DNA of 64,000 nucleotides from Nemertoderma westbladi (GCA_032718475.1 JAUCBJ010005017.1:1-64000), one strand, 5' to 3'. Counted from the stretch's first letter, positions 39,800 through 51,730 are shown. The notes: a model not told the origin generated them from the sequence alone. Numbers and translations: made by a program.

Positions 39800-41215
39800 C
39801 TATGTCAAGGACCGTGAACCAAAATTGGGGTACTGTCTGAGATACTTAAGGAGAGTGAAATACGCTTTATTGGCTTTGTCTGCAAGAGATTGCTGGGCAA
39901 GAGTGAAGCTACCAGATGGGGTAAATACAATACCAAGGTAAGAGTAGGAAGAAACTACTTCCAGGGGGCTACACTTAAACAACCAGTGTTCGTTTCGACG
40001 GAGAGGCCCGCCCTTACAAAAGACCATAACCTTGGATTTACTTAGATTAACTTTCATTCCCCAGAATGAACTATATTTAAACCCAGAATGTCCAGAGCCT
40101 TCTGGAGACCAACAGCTGTGTCGCTTAGCAACACGATATCGTCAGCATAAAGAAGAAGAAATAATTTAAAAGTCCCAAGATCAATCCCAGAAACACCTCC
40201 GCGGATCAACTCCAGCTCCAGGTCATTGATAAATAAAGAAAGAAGCAATGGGGACAATGACTCACCCTGTCTAACACCAACTAGACAAGGGAAACTCTCA
40301 CTGTAGACTCCACATCAACGGACACAACATTTAACTTCGACATACATACTCTTAATAACTTGTAGAATTCGACCAGAAAATCCAAGATTGAAAAGTTTAT
40401 GCCAGAGAGCTGATCAGCTGATCTGACTAAATCGAAGGCCTTTTGAAAGTCGACGAATGTGCAGAATAATCTATTATAATTACCGGAATAAAGAAAGTGA
40501 TTTATTAAAGTGCTAAAAGTAAATATGTGATCAGAAGTGCAAAAGTCTTTCCGAAAACCCCCTTGACTGTCCACTAAAATCCCAAAGCAGTCGGCCCACC
40601 ATTGTATTCTGGAATTAAGTAACCACGTGAATAACTTCCCCACCACACTCAGTAAAGAGATACCACGATAATTACTAGGGTCTAATACAGAGCCCTTCTT
40701 CTTGTAAATCGGTACAATGATTGCCGAGCACCACTGCTTAGGGAATATTCCTAAGTACAACACTGCGTTAAAAAAGGCAGTAAGTACAGGTACAGTAATG
40801 TTGACTGCCCACACTACGAATTCTGGTAGAATGTTATCAGGGCCAGCCGACTTGCCAGCTTTCATATTGCTTATACCTATTCGAACTTCCTCCTCTGAAA
40901 AAGTCCTCTCCTCTCGAACAGTGGATGTCTATCTGGAATGAAGTCATGACTGGAGGGTTGACTACTTTCGACGTCCTCGTCAAGATTATTAAGGGAGCGA
41001 AAGTGACCCTCAAAAGACTCGGAAGTTAGTGTGGTTGATTCAATGGGATTGCTGCTATCACTAGATTTTAGTAGTCTCCAAAACTTTTTTCAGTCCTTCG
41101 TTTTAAAATCTTGCAGTTTTTTCAAATTGTTAAGTTGAAATTCATACTAGTTGCACGTTTAATAACTCGTGAATAATCACTCCTACATTTTGATACAACT
41201 GTAGAATCGTTATAA
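39800..41215 (-). mobile_element. Degenerate LINE reverse transcriptase fragment (RTEX/CR1-like)
   Basis: KSAGPDNI..PIYKKKG..NYRGISLL..QGGFR..FVDFQKAFD; GVRQG..SPLL..LYADDIVLL; KSKVMVF..YSYLGI. Confidence 0.88.
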
Positions 41216-41249
41216 TTTTTATTCAGTTAGGGGTGCACGAGGGCCTTCT

Positions 41250-44200
41250 TGTGACAGGATCCCCGAGTTGGCGAGGGAATCCCGACTGGGTTTTGTCTTG
41301 GTTTAATACGCGTCGCCGCGTCCGCTTACTGTGACTGGAGAACTGAAAGGCCGAAGGCCGGTATAATAAACTGAGTTCGGTGTTAATGTTGTTAATCTCT
41401 GATAAGTATACAAGTACCGGTAGTATAGCACAATCAGTAACACAATGACAGCAGACAACGACGACGGTTGAAAACCGTTCCACTTCTGCTCACCCAATCT
41501 ACCAACTAAAGCACAATTGGCAGAGTAACGGTTATATATTACATGGGACACATTATCTACCTAGGTGTGGCCAACCAGTGGATGCGCTGTAATTGGACAC
41601 ATGCTGTCCCTCCATTGGTCGATCTATCCCCTTGGCCAAACCTACCTTCCCCTGGCTCTATGCTAGCTTATACCCTGAGATGAGCTGCGCTGGCATCTCT
41701 CCCTGTGGCAGGCAATGTATATTGCCTTTGTTGGGTCAACCCCGGGTCAACAAGGACCGTGTCCCTCAGTGGTACATCAGTCTGGGGTTGATAAATTGGC
41801 TACTGGAACAGAAGACAGAGAAGAAAGAAGACCCAATAAAGATTGCTACAATGAACGCACGCACGCTGAAAGCACATACCGAACAGGGTGACATGGTCGC
41901 TCTGGCAATGGAATATAACATCGACATCATCTGCATCCAAGAACATCGGATTTGTCATGAAGACACTGCCATGAAGTACAATGACATTGGAAATGGATGG
42001 ACGTTAGTAACAAGCTCAGCAGTAAGAAACTCGGCCAATGCATCAATTGGTGGAGTAGGAATTCTGCTAAGCCCATTTGCACTTAAGACCCTAAACAACA
42101 CCGAATCTATAAATTCCAGGGTTATGATCGCAACATTTGATGGGAATCCCAATGCAACAGTTATATGTTGCTACAGTCCAACCAATGCCTCAGAGCCAGA
42201 ACAAGCAGTCAAGTTTTTTGAAGAACTGACTGGACTTATAAAGGACATTCCGAAACACAATGTTAAAGTCATTGCTGGTGACCTGAATGCGCAAATTGGC
42301 CCAGAAGACATCAAGGGTTACACCTATAACACCAGTTCTAACAGAAATGGGTACTTACTTTTAGACCTAATGGAAGAATGGGAATTAATACCAACAAACA
42401 ACACATTCGAAAAGAGTAAGGGGAAGCTATGGACCTTTCAATACCCTAATGGAACCAAAGCACAACTGGATTACATCCTTATAAACAAAAAGTGGAGAAA
42501 CAGCATGATCAACTGCGAGGCATACAGCTCGTTCAACCTAATTGGTTCGGACCACAGAATTGTGACTGCAGAGATCAGACTCAGTTTGGGAGCCAGCAAA
42601 CCCAGGACAAGCAAGCAAATCAACTATGACTGGGAGAAACTCAGAACTGACAATGCTGTAAAGGATGCATACACAGTAGAAGTTCAAAACCGCTTTGAAG
42701 CACTTCAGTCAATGGATGAAGACCAGTCCACCGATTCAATATACCAGAATATAATAACAGCCCAAAAGGAATCAGCTACGAGGCATATCCCACAGAAACC
42801 CAAACGAAAACAATATATGCCATGGCAAAACTCTGAGGTTACTTGTAAGAGAGAAGATCTTAAGATAGCCTACAAAGTTAAAACCGAACAACCAACAACC
42901 GAAAACAATAACAAGGTTGAGAAAGCCAAGGACGATCTTAAATTGGCCTACAACATCAGCCAGGAAAGGATAAAACTGAAGCAATTACAACTGCTCACAT
43001 ACAGCAACAATCAAGACTTACCTGGCAAACTGTAAATGAGGTATCTGGTCGGAAAAGTTGTGCAAAGGGGCGCCTCAAAGCCGATAGTCCTGAAGAACAT
43101 GTTGGGAAGTGGAAAAATCACTTCAGCAACTTGCTTGGGCAGCCACCAAACATCGAGGTCAGCCCTACAAGGAAAATATATGACAAGACACTACCTATTG
43201 AAACAGGGGACTTCACACCTGCCGAACTTCAAAGAAGCATTAAAAGCATGTCCAATAATAAAGCGAGTGGATTAGATGAAATCCCAGCGGAGGTATGGAA
43301 AACCGGAGTGCTAAACAGACCATAAAGCCTATCCCCAAGAAAGGAGACCTCGGCATACCAACAAACTATCGTGGGATCTGTCAGCTTGTGGTTGCTGCCA
43401 AAATATACAATAAAATGATTCTATATAGGATTAGGCCTCACATAGAGAAACTACTGCATAAGAGCCAAAACGGCTTTCGACCAAGTAGATCAACAATAGC
43501 GCAGATACTTGCACTACGGAGACCGATTGAAGGAATTAAGTCGAAGAATCTCCCCGCACTCATGACTTCAAGAAGGCATTCGACTCCATCCATAGAGGCA
43601 AAATGCTTGAAATCTTAAGAGTTTATGGAATACCAGAAGTAATTGTTGCTGGCATTGGATTGATATATTGTGACACAGAAGCGCAGGTACTCTCACCAGA
43701 TGGTGAAACTGAGTTTTTCTCAATCCTGGCTGGGGTACTGCAAGGTGACACATTAGCACCATTACTATTTGTAATTGTGCTGGATTACGCAATGAGGACG
43801 GCCACAAAGGGTGAAGATCTGGGATTCACACTTCAAGAACGCAGAAGTAGTAGATATCCAGCAACTACAGTCACAGACACCGACTTTGCGGATGACATCG
43901 CCCTGCTCTCTAATATGCTAGCAGATGCACAGCTTCTACTAAATAAAGTGGAGAGGGCTGCTAAGGAGGTTGGATTGCATATAAATGCTACCAAGACCGA
44001 ATTCATGACCTTTAATGTTGATGGAAACTTGACAACCATAAGGAAGGTCGACGACTTCCAGTACCTTGGATCATGGATAGAGAGTACCAAAAAGGACATA
44101 GAAGTTAGGAAAGCAAAGGCTTGGGTAGCTTTATCAAAAATGGATACCATCTGGAAATCAGATCTCTCCAGGCACCTGAACACTAAATTCTTTCGAACCA

Positions 44201-44938
44201 CAGTGGAAAGTGTATTTTTATGCGGGGGTGAGACCTGGACACTGACTAAATCACTTGATCAACGAATTGATGGTTGCTACACAAGACTACTAAGGGCAGC
44301 CCTAAACATCAGCTGGAGACAACACATGACAAACGCCGAGCTTTATGGTACAATACCACCTGTATCAACCACCCTCCGTGAACGCAGATTAAGATTCAGC
44401 GGGCACTGCTGGCGAAGTAAAGACAAGGTCATACCAGATCTACTTCTCTGGCAACCAACTCATGGAAAGCGTAGTCGTGGATGACCAGCCATAACATATA
44501 TAGATCAACTTGAAAGGGATACTGAACTTGGGAGAAACGAAATTGCAACAACTATGGAGAATCGGGAAGCCTGGAAAGATCTCATTTCCACTGTCCGAGT
44601 TCGCTCGACCTAGTAGTAGTAGTAACGGTTATATATTACATGGGACACATTATCTACCTAGGTGTGGCCAACCAGTGGATGCGCTGTAATTGGACACATG
44701 CTGTCCCTACATTGGTCGATCTATCCCCTTGGCCAAACCTACCTTCCCCTGGCTCTATGCTAGCTTCTACCCTGAGATGAGCTGCGCTGGCATCTCTCCC
44801 TGTGGCTGGCAATGTATATTGCCTTTGTTGGTTGTTAGGTGACATTATATTTGTAATGTCACCTAATCAACTATAATTGGTAAAAGGCCACTTTCCCCAT
44901 TTTCCGCTGGGTAGTGCTGTGAATTGGATCCGCTCACA
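41250..44938. mobile_element. Solo LTR (~590 bp) split by an RTE insertion
   Basis: TGTGAC...CTCACA ends; 5-bp TSD CTTCT (41245-41249, 44939-44943); homologous along its length to the solo LTR at 46758-47388. Confidence 0.88.
41735..44620 (+). mobile_element. RTE-clade LINE (endonuclease + RT, frameshifted) with a (TAG)n tail
   Basis: ATMNART, CIQEHR, CYSPT, GDLNA, LDYIL, SDH; PIPKKGD..NYRGI; GVLQGDTLAP, DFADDIAL. Flanked by a 211-bp direct repeat (41524-41734, 44621-44831). Confidence 0.93.
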
Positions 44939-45164
44939 CTTCTGCACTAGTGTGTGTTTTTAGCAAAACTTTCTTTTTGTACTACGTAATTACAAATACT
45001 AGTCGGGTTGTCAGAGGCACTGTGATCATATTATCCTGGGGTAAATATAAAAATGTAATCCTTGGAATATATTTAGTTGCCAGTAATTCAAGAGTAATCA
45101 CTAGAGGGAGCCCAACGGATCCTCAGCTCATTAGAACATGATGCTTCTAGTGTTGGTATTTTTA

Positions 45165-45380
45165 TTAACTACAAAAAGAGCAACATTTTGACAGTTAACT
45201 TTGAAAGTCCTCAGCAAGTGTCTGACCGGATGAGCATAAGCTCAAAGGATGGTATGATTGAGCATGTGGACGACTTATGTTACCTGGGATCATGGATCCG
45301 GAAGTCAGGTGAGACCTTCGAATACGTAAGGGAAAGGCATGGGCAGCCTTGAATGGCTTTCCAGGATTTGGAAGTCACAC
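45165..45380 (+). mobile_element. Short fragment of the LINE family at 1-4380
   Basis: Near-identical to the reverse complement of ~460-660. Confidence 0.8.
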
Positions 45381-46369
45381 TGAATTCATCTTCACTAGTA
45401 TTACTACTTACTGTATTATATTCAAATGGCACTAGTAAGATCTATTATGATCAATACTATTTAATTTATGTATATAATTAATTCTAGAACGATTACAAGT
45501 AAATTACATTTAATTAATTACAAATTTGTAAATTACATTAAATGGCCGCTCGACGCGGACGCTCGCCGCTCCTGTGGTGTAGGTCTATCATGGCCTGTAG
45601 TATAATTTATGTAACAATTCGGTAGCTAATATTCTTAAACTTGACGATTTCAGGAATGCAACAAAATTCCATACAATATAACACAATTTTCGTAAATATA
45701 AATAACACTTTTAGTACGGAAATTATGATATATTGGATTTATTATGGTATCTAGGGGAGAAAACGGACAAATTATTTTGAAACATAGGACTATTAATGTG
45801 ATTGGCGCTACCGGTCTGTTATATACACCCCCAACCTCAACCTTTTTTTAAATATTAAATAGTTCTTTTTATTTTGTGCAATGTTCTACAGTAGAACACC
45901 ATAGCTATAATATTTTTTTAAAAATGGCCCTGAAGCAAGGCGTTCTAGAACTAAAAGGTCATGCAGGAGTGGAGGCTGACTGGAGGTAAACTATTTTTCA
46001 TTATATCTCATAATTTATTATCACTCATTTTAGGAATACTAGGCCTATAATAAATTTTAGAAAATTATATTCTGGAAATATAATTATTATAAATTCATTA
46101 TTGTGTTGTACGTGTTTTCGATAAGGTGTTCTAAACTTGTTGGTCATGACGGAGGAATATACTAGCTAATTTGAGTGTTTAAGTTACAAAGAAAAAACAC
46201 ACTGGAAATTTAATGTAAAATGCCAAATTAAAACATTTCTACATAAAAATGAACTTGTTAATTTTTGTTGCTCTACCCCATAAAATTGATTGCATGTTAA
46301 ATATTCTATAACGTTAGCTAGTACCGGTACCAAACATTAAATATTTAGCTAAAAACTTTGCGTTATTAA

Positions 46370-47585
46370 TATCGTTATAACATTGTTACTATAGCTACGT
46401 TGAAGAGTTGTAGAACAAAAGAAAAATATTACATACTATTCTAGAACATAAATAAAATAAAAAATATTATATTCTAGAACATATAGCTAGTTTTTTTAAT
46501 TTGAAAATAGCTAGTAAATTAAAAAAAAATTATTTAAATGAATTTCTGAATACATTTAAATTAAAATTGAAAATTGTTATATTTCTCATATATAGCTAGT
46601 TTTTTTTAATTACAAAAGCTAGTAAATTTTAAAAAAATTTATATTTAATAAATTTCTAAATACATTTAAATGAATATTGAAAATTATTTTATTTCTTAAT
46701 AAATAATGAAATTTTTTATTACTACGCTTGCTACCAAACATTAATAAAAAAAAATCATGTTACGGGATCCCCGAGTTGGCGAGAGAATCCCGATAGGTGT
46801 GTTTTGCTTTTGGGTAGTACGCGTCGCCACGTCCGCTGGCTCCTGAAAGGCTTGTGGTATCTGAGTTTGAAAGGCCGGAGGCCGAAATAATAACTGAGTT
46901 TTAGTGGCAGTTGTTCGTAATGTCAGAATACAATAATAGCATAATCAGAATATATTAATAGCACGGTTACTGACTACGGTCTAAACTGTCTTGCTTCCAC
47001 ACTCTACACAAACCAACTGAACAACAGGTAGGCCTAATAAATGCAACGGTTATATTACTGTACTAACACATATAGAATATTGGTACTTGCTGTGTGGCCT
47101 GGTCAATAATGGATGCATCCCAATTAGATGGTGTTCTGCCCCACCATTGGCTAACCTATCCCTTCTTCCCTTGGCACTCCCTGTTCCCTTATACCCACGT
47201 GCTCGCTCCCTTCGTCCCCCTGAGATGGCCTATAGCCTCTCATCTTTCCTTGTGGCTGGCAATGTATATTGTCTTCGTTGGTTGTTAGGTGACATTATAT
47301 TGCTAATGTCAACTAGCCAACTATAATTGGTAACAAGCCACTTTCCCCAATTTCCGCTGGGCAGTGCAGTGAATTGGATCCGCTCACAAATCAGATAAGT
47401 ATTTTTAATTACTTGCGATTTTAAATTTGAGAAATAACTAGCTATATGTTCTAGAACGTTATATTTTTTATATTATTTTTATTTATTATTATATTTTTAT
47501 TTTTATTTATGTTCTAGAATAGTGAATAATATTTATATTTTATTCTAGAACTCTTCCATGTTGCCATGGTAACAATCATTTATGT
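46370..47585. mobile_element. AT-rich foldback element hosting the solo LTR
   Basis: ~46380-46495 (TTCTAGAAC repeats) is the inverted copy of ~47435-47577. Confidence 0.55.
46758..47388. mobile_element. Solo LTR, 631 bp
   Basis: TGTTAC...CTCACA ends; 5-bp TSD AATCA (46753-46757, 47389-47393). Confidence 0.9.
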
Positions 47586-47634
47586 TATAAAAATGTAGTG
47601 TTATACGGAACTGTTACCTTTATTTTTGCTTTCA

Positions 47635-48665
47635 TTCTTTAGCTACAAGAGTTTAAAAAAATGTGTCAGTCTATATTGCACCAGTCGCACTGCATGATTC
47701 TTCAACCGTAAGCCCCCCCCCCCCCCCCCCCCCCCTCACACGGACCTCGGACCTACTTTTGATTCTGTAACTTGTTTCTGAAACAAAAGTTGCTCCTTGT
47801 GAGAGCGTCAGCACTAAGTTGATATATTAGCTATTTATTTTGAAATAATAGTTATTTCCTTGAGCAACTGAGAACAAGTTACCCGCGTGTGACTGGTCCA
47901 GCAACAAGTTTCTGAAACAAGTTGCTCCGTGTGAGAGGTACCTTAGTAATTTTTTTGTAGCAATGGATAGCTGTCCGTGCAAGGATTCTCGTACTTGGTT
48001 GAGAAATGTCTGAGTTTGCTGAGTAGCTGAGCGCATTCGAATGTTGAATGTATTTATTTTGCTTCCGGTGCATGCCATTTATTGGTTGGGTGAATTCTTA
48101 GCCCGCGAGTATTCTTAGCCCGCGAGTTAGTAAAGGAGCAGGTTTCAGAGGCTTATTGGGGGAACCAAAACAATAAACGTTATTGTTTTGCGGGCTAGGA
48201 ATACCCAAGGGCTAACAGTACTCGCGGGCTAAGAATACTCGCGGGCTAAGAATACTCGCGGGCTAAGAATACTCGCGGGCTAAGAATACTCGCGGGCTAA
48301 GAATTCCTGAGACCCATTTATTATATTAATAAATACACCATGTTCTAGAATATTTTGTTTATGTATGAATATCCATACTTGTATAGGCATTGCATTGTTG
48401 CTACTTATGAGATAAACAAAAATGTTCCAGAATATTGTGTATTTATTAAATAGTATAAATGGCCTGCAGCGGAAGCACATACACGAATGCCCATATCTCA
48501 GCTATTTTCCAACCAAATTCAAATATTTTTGCATTATTTGGAATCCTTGCACGGTCAGCTTTCAATTGCTACCAACAAATTACTATAAGGTTGAAGAATA
48601 ATTACAGTTCGCCTGGTGCAATATCGACGGAGACACTTTTTTAAACGCTTGTAGCTAAATAATGA
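47635..48665. mobile_element. Old foldback/long-TIR element
   Basis: 47638-47695 is inverted to 48603-48659, and 47944-48082 is inverted to 48455-48585. Confidence 0.6.
48084..48314. mobile_element. Small MITE built of 17-bp GAATACTCGCGGGCTAA repeats (Mutator-like architecture)
   Basis: Repeats are inverted at the two ends; direct repeat CATTTATT at 48076-48083 and 48315-48322. Confidence 0.7.
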
Positions 48666-49055
48666 ACTCAAAAAATAACAATTCTGGCTCACTCACTGTG
48701 GAGGGAGATGAAACTAACTATGTTTCAAATTTATTGCAATCTAAATTAGATTTGTAGAACAATTTTGGGGTGGGGGGAACATGACTGTCACTTAATTAAT
48801 TATGACACTATATTCCAGGACATGGTGTATCTAATGCCCAATTACTCTGGTGTTTCTCTATTTTCCATCTATGTGGTTTTGAGAAACCCCAGCATCGTTT
48901 TAATTTTTCATGGTGAATTATCGGACATCCGCAAACATTTTTACATTTTATACCTTTTGCATAAAATTGTCAAGTGCAAAAATAAATATTAAAAGAACTG
49001 CAAAATACACAACTAATTTACCTTTTAACCAGAAAAATTGTTATGCGATTTTGAT

Positions 49056-50270
49056 ATGGCGGCTAACAGAAGCGGCAGTCGGAAATCAGACAGTCGTCGG
49101 AGCATCATCGTAGGCGGGACGTATCAGATTAATAATAGGATAGGAAACGGAAACTTCGGCGAAGTTCGACGGGGGAAAAACATCAATAATAACACCGATG
49201 TGGCAGTTAAGATTGAATCCACGAAGGCGGATATACCTCAGCTTCATCTCGAGAATAGGTTTTACCAAATGTTGGATAAGGAAAACAAAGGAGTAATAGG
49301 GTTGCCTAAAGTATACTTCTTCGGCGTGTGTTGTGAATGTAAAAAATGCGAACAAAAAAGCGACAAATTGTCAATTGCGTCATGCGGTGCTGAACATCAA
49401 TTGTACAACGCATTGGTGATGGACCTGTTAGGACCAAATTTAGAGGAGCTGTTTGATCAATGCCACAGGAAATTTACTTTGAAAACGGTGATTATGATAG
49501 CTATTCAGCTTATTGACCGTTTGCAATATGTTCACGATCACAAAATAGCGTTCCGAGACATAAAACCTGAGAATTTCGTCGTGGGTTCGAAAGAGGAAAG
49601 CAGTCACATTATCCACATTATCGATTTCGGATTAGCAAAGCAGTATATCGACCCATCATCGAACAAACACATACCGTTCAAAGATCGCAAATCGTTGACA
49701 GGCACTGCGCGATATATGAGCATAAACACTCACCTCAAGTACGAACAGAGTCGAAGAGACGACCTAGAGGCTCTAGGACATATGCTCGTATACCTGTCGA
49801 AGGGACGGTTGCCATGGCAGGGTCTACAGATCGGTGAAGCAAAGGCGAGGTACCAAAGGATCGGGGAAATCAAACAAGAGGTAACGATAAACAAATTGTG
49901 CGAAGATTTAGCCCCCGAATTCGGGAAGTACATAACATATGCCCGACACCTTGGTTACGACGCTGACCCCGATTACGCGTTCTTGAAGAATCTATTTGTA
50001 GATTTGGCCAATCGCAATACGTTCAAGCTAGATTGGGTGTTTGATTGGACAGGAGGAGGAGGAGCCGTGGCCCAGTTGATTCCAGAACCGCCAAACGCGA
50101 GTCTGTCGCCCATGCCGGTATCCATGGTTGCGAAAATGCGAACAGCTAGTATGAACAACTATTACAAATCGATGGCCGGTGGAATAAGCAGTTATCGGGA
50201 AGTTATACCGAATCCCGATCGTCAGTCAAAGGATATATGTGGTAGAAAGTCGCCATTAATTAATTCGTGA
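49056..50270 (+). CDS. CSNK1G: Intronless casein kinase I gamma (gilgamesh)-like Ser/Thr kinase, 404 aa from the first ATG
   Basis: IGNGNFGEVRRGKN, VAVKIE, PQLHLE, FRDIKPEN, IHIIDFGLAK, KSLTGTARYMSINTH, EQSRRDDLEALGHM, LPWQGL: CK1-gamma signatures. Single uninterrupted ORF. Confidence 0.92.
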   Translation: MAANRSGSRKSDSRRSIIVGGTYQINNRIGNGNFGEVRRGKNINNNTDVAVKIESTKADIPQLHLENRFYQMLDKENKGVIGLPKVYFFGVCCECKKCEQKSDKLSIASCGAEHQLYNALVMDLLGPNLEELFDQCHRKFTLKTVIMIAIQLIDRLQYVHDHKIAFRDIKPENFVVGSKEESSHIIHIIDFGLAKQYIDPSSNKHIPFKDRKSLTGTARYMSINTHLKYEQSRRDDLEALGHMLVYLSKGRLPWQGLQIGEAKARYQRIGEIKQEVTINKLCEDLAPEFGKYITYARHLGYDADPDYAFLKNLFVDLANRNTFKLDWVFDWTGGGGAVAQLIPEPPNASLSPMPVSMVAKMRTASMNNYYKSMAGGISSYREVIPNPDRQSKDICGRKSPLINS

Positions 50271-50501
50271 AACTGATAATCCTATTAGTCTATTGCGGAA
50301 ATTTATGGTGTCAAAAAAGATAATATATTATCCTAAAAATAATATTATTCTGGAAATCGGTTTCGAACATAAAAAAATCGTTTGGTATCACGTAAATTTT
50401 GAATTGAAGAGAAATGTATGTGTCTTTTATACAATGTAAATAGGACAATATGATAATGCTCTCCATAGCGAAAAATATCAACCGGCCCTATTGGGGCTCG
50501 A

Positions 50502-50545
50502 ACCCGGTACCTAGGTTTCAAACTTCTGGTTATCATCAGCCGGGT
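50502..50545 (-). ncRNA. Type I hammerhead ribozyme (minus-strand copy)
   Basis: Exact reverse complement of the motif at 51318-51361. Confidence 0.85.
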
Positions 50546-50678
50546 GACTGTACTGAGCTACCAGACCGGATGAATATTTCGCTGTGGAGTGGGAGATCAT
50601 ATTTAGGCCAACTAATCACTCAAAGGAAAGATGATAACCAGAAGTTTGAAACCTAGGTACCGGGTTCGAGCCCCAATA

Positions 50679-51000
50679 ATAATAATAATAATAATAATAT
50701 ATATTTATTTATATAGCGCCAAATTTACATAATATACGTACTCTAAGGCGCTGACAACACATAGTACACAGTAATTAATAGTTCGTGACTGCAATAGCAA
50801 TAGTTATGAAATAAAAAATCAACTAAAATAATGTAGTAATTAAAAACCAACAATAAAAACATCATAAAATATAGTAAAAACAAACAATAAAAACGATCAT
50901 CGTAAATATAGTAGCATATAGTAAAAAACAAACAATAAAAAAACGATCAACGCAAGCATTCCAGTGCGGGTTAAATTAAAATGTAATTAATGGCATATAA
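50679..51000 (-). mobile_element. 3' end of an L2/CR1-type LINE or SINE inserted in the retrozyme array
   Basis: Minus strand ends CAGCGCCTTAGAG...GGCGCTATATAAAT...(ATT)n; TSD CCAATA (50673-50678, 51001-51006). Removing it restores a 368-bp ribozyme spacing. Confidence 0.75.
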
Positions 51001-51317
51001 CCAATAGGGCCGGTTGATATTTTTCGCTATGGAGAGCATTATCATATTGTCCTATTTACATTGTATATTTAATACACCGCGTCACTCACCCCACAACAAT
51101 TCACTTATTATTATTAATTAACAGCCTGGGCCAGGCATACGGGGTTACAGTGGTTTCTACAACACTGTAAAATAGTTATTCTTTGAGGCATGGTTGCCAT
51201 TTCTGGCAGAGCACGGGAATAACGAACTTGTACTTTCCATTGAGTGATTAGTTGGCCTAAATATGATCTCCCACTCCACAGCGAAATATTCATCCGGTCT
51301 GGTAGCTCAGTACAGTC

Positions 51318-51361
51318 ACCCGGCTGATGATAACCAGAAGTTTGAAACCTAGGTACCGGGT
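51318..51361 (+). ncRNA. Type I hammerhead ribozyme
   Basis: ACCCGG (stem I) - CTGATGA - T.AAC[CAGAA]GTT.T (stem II) - GAAA - CC[TA]GG (stem III) - TA - CCGGGT (stem I'). Predicted cleavage after the GUA at 51355. Confidence 0.87.
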
Positions 51362-51686
51362 TCGAGCCCCAATAGGGCCGGTTGATATTTTTCGCTATGG
51401 AGAGCATTATCATATTGTCCTATTTACATTGTATATTTAATACACCGCGTCACTCACCCCACAACAATTCACTTATTATTATTAATTAACAGCCTGGGCC
51501 AGGCATACGGGATTACAGTGGTTTCTACAACACTGTAAAATAGTTATTCTTTGAGGCATGGTTTGCCATTTCTGGCAGAGCACGGGAATAACGAACTTGT
51601 ACTTTCCTTTGAGTGATTAGTTGGCCTAAATATGATCTCCCACTCCACAGCGAAATATTCATCCGGTCTGGTAGCTCAGTACAGTC

Positions 51687-51730
51687 ACCCGGCTGATGAT
51701 AACCAGAAGTTTGAAACCTAGGTACCGGGT
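51687..51730 (+). ncRNA. Type I hammerhead ribozyme (next monomer)
   Basis: Identical motif 369 bp downstream; predicted cleavage after 51724. Confidence 0.87.

Noticed and set aside
41524-44831. LTR retrotransposon with 211-bp LTRs
   Set aside because: The repeats lack TG..CA ends, the interior is an APE-RT LINE, and the repeat is a single-copy part of the solo LTR family.
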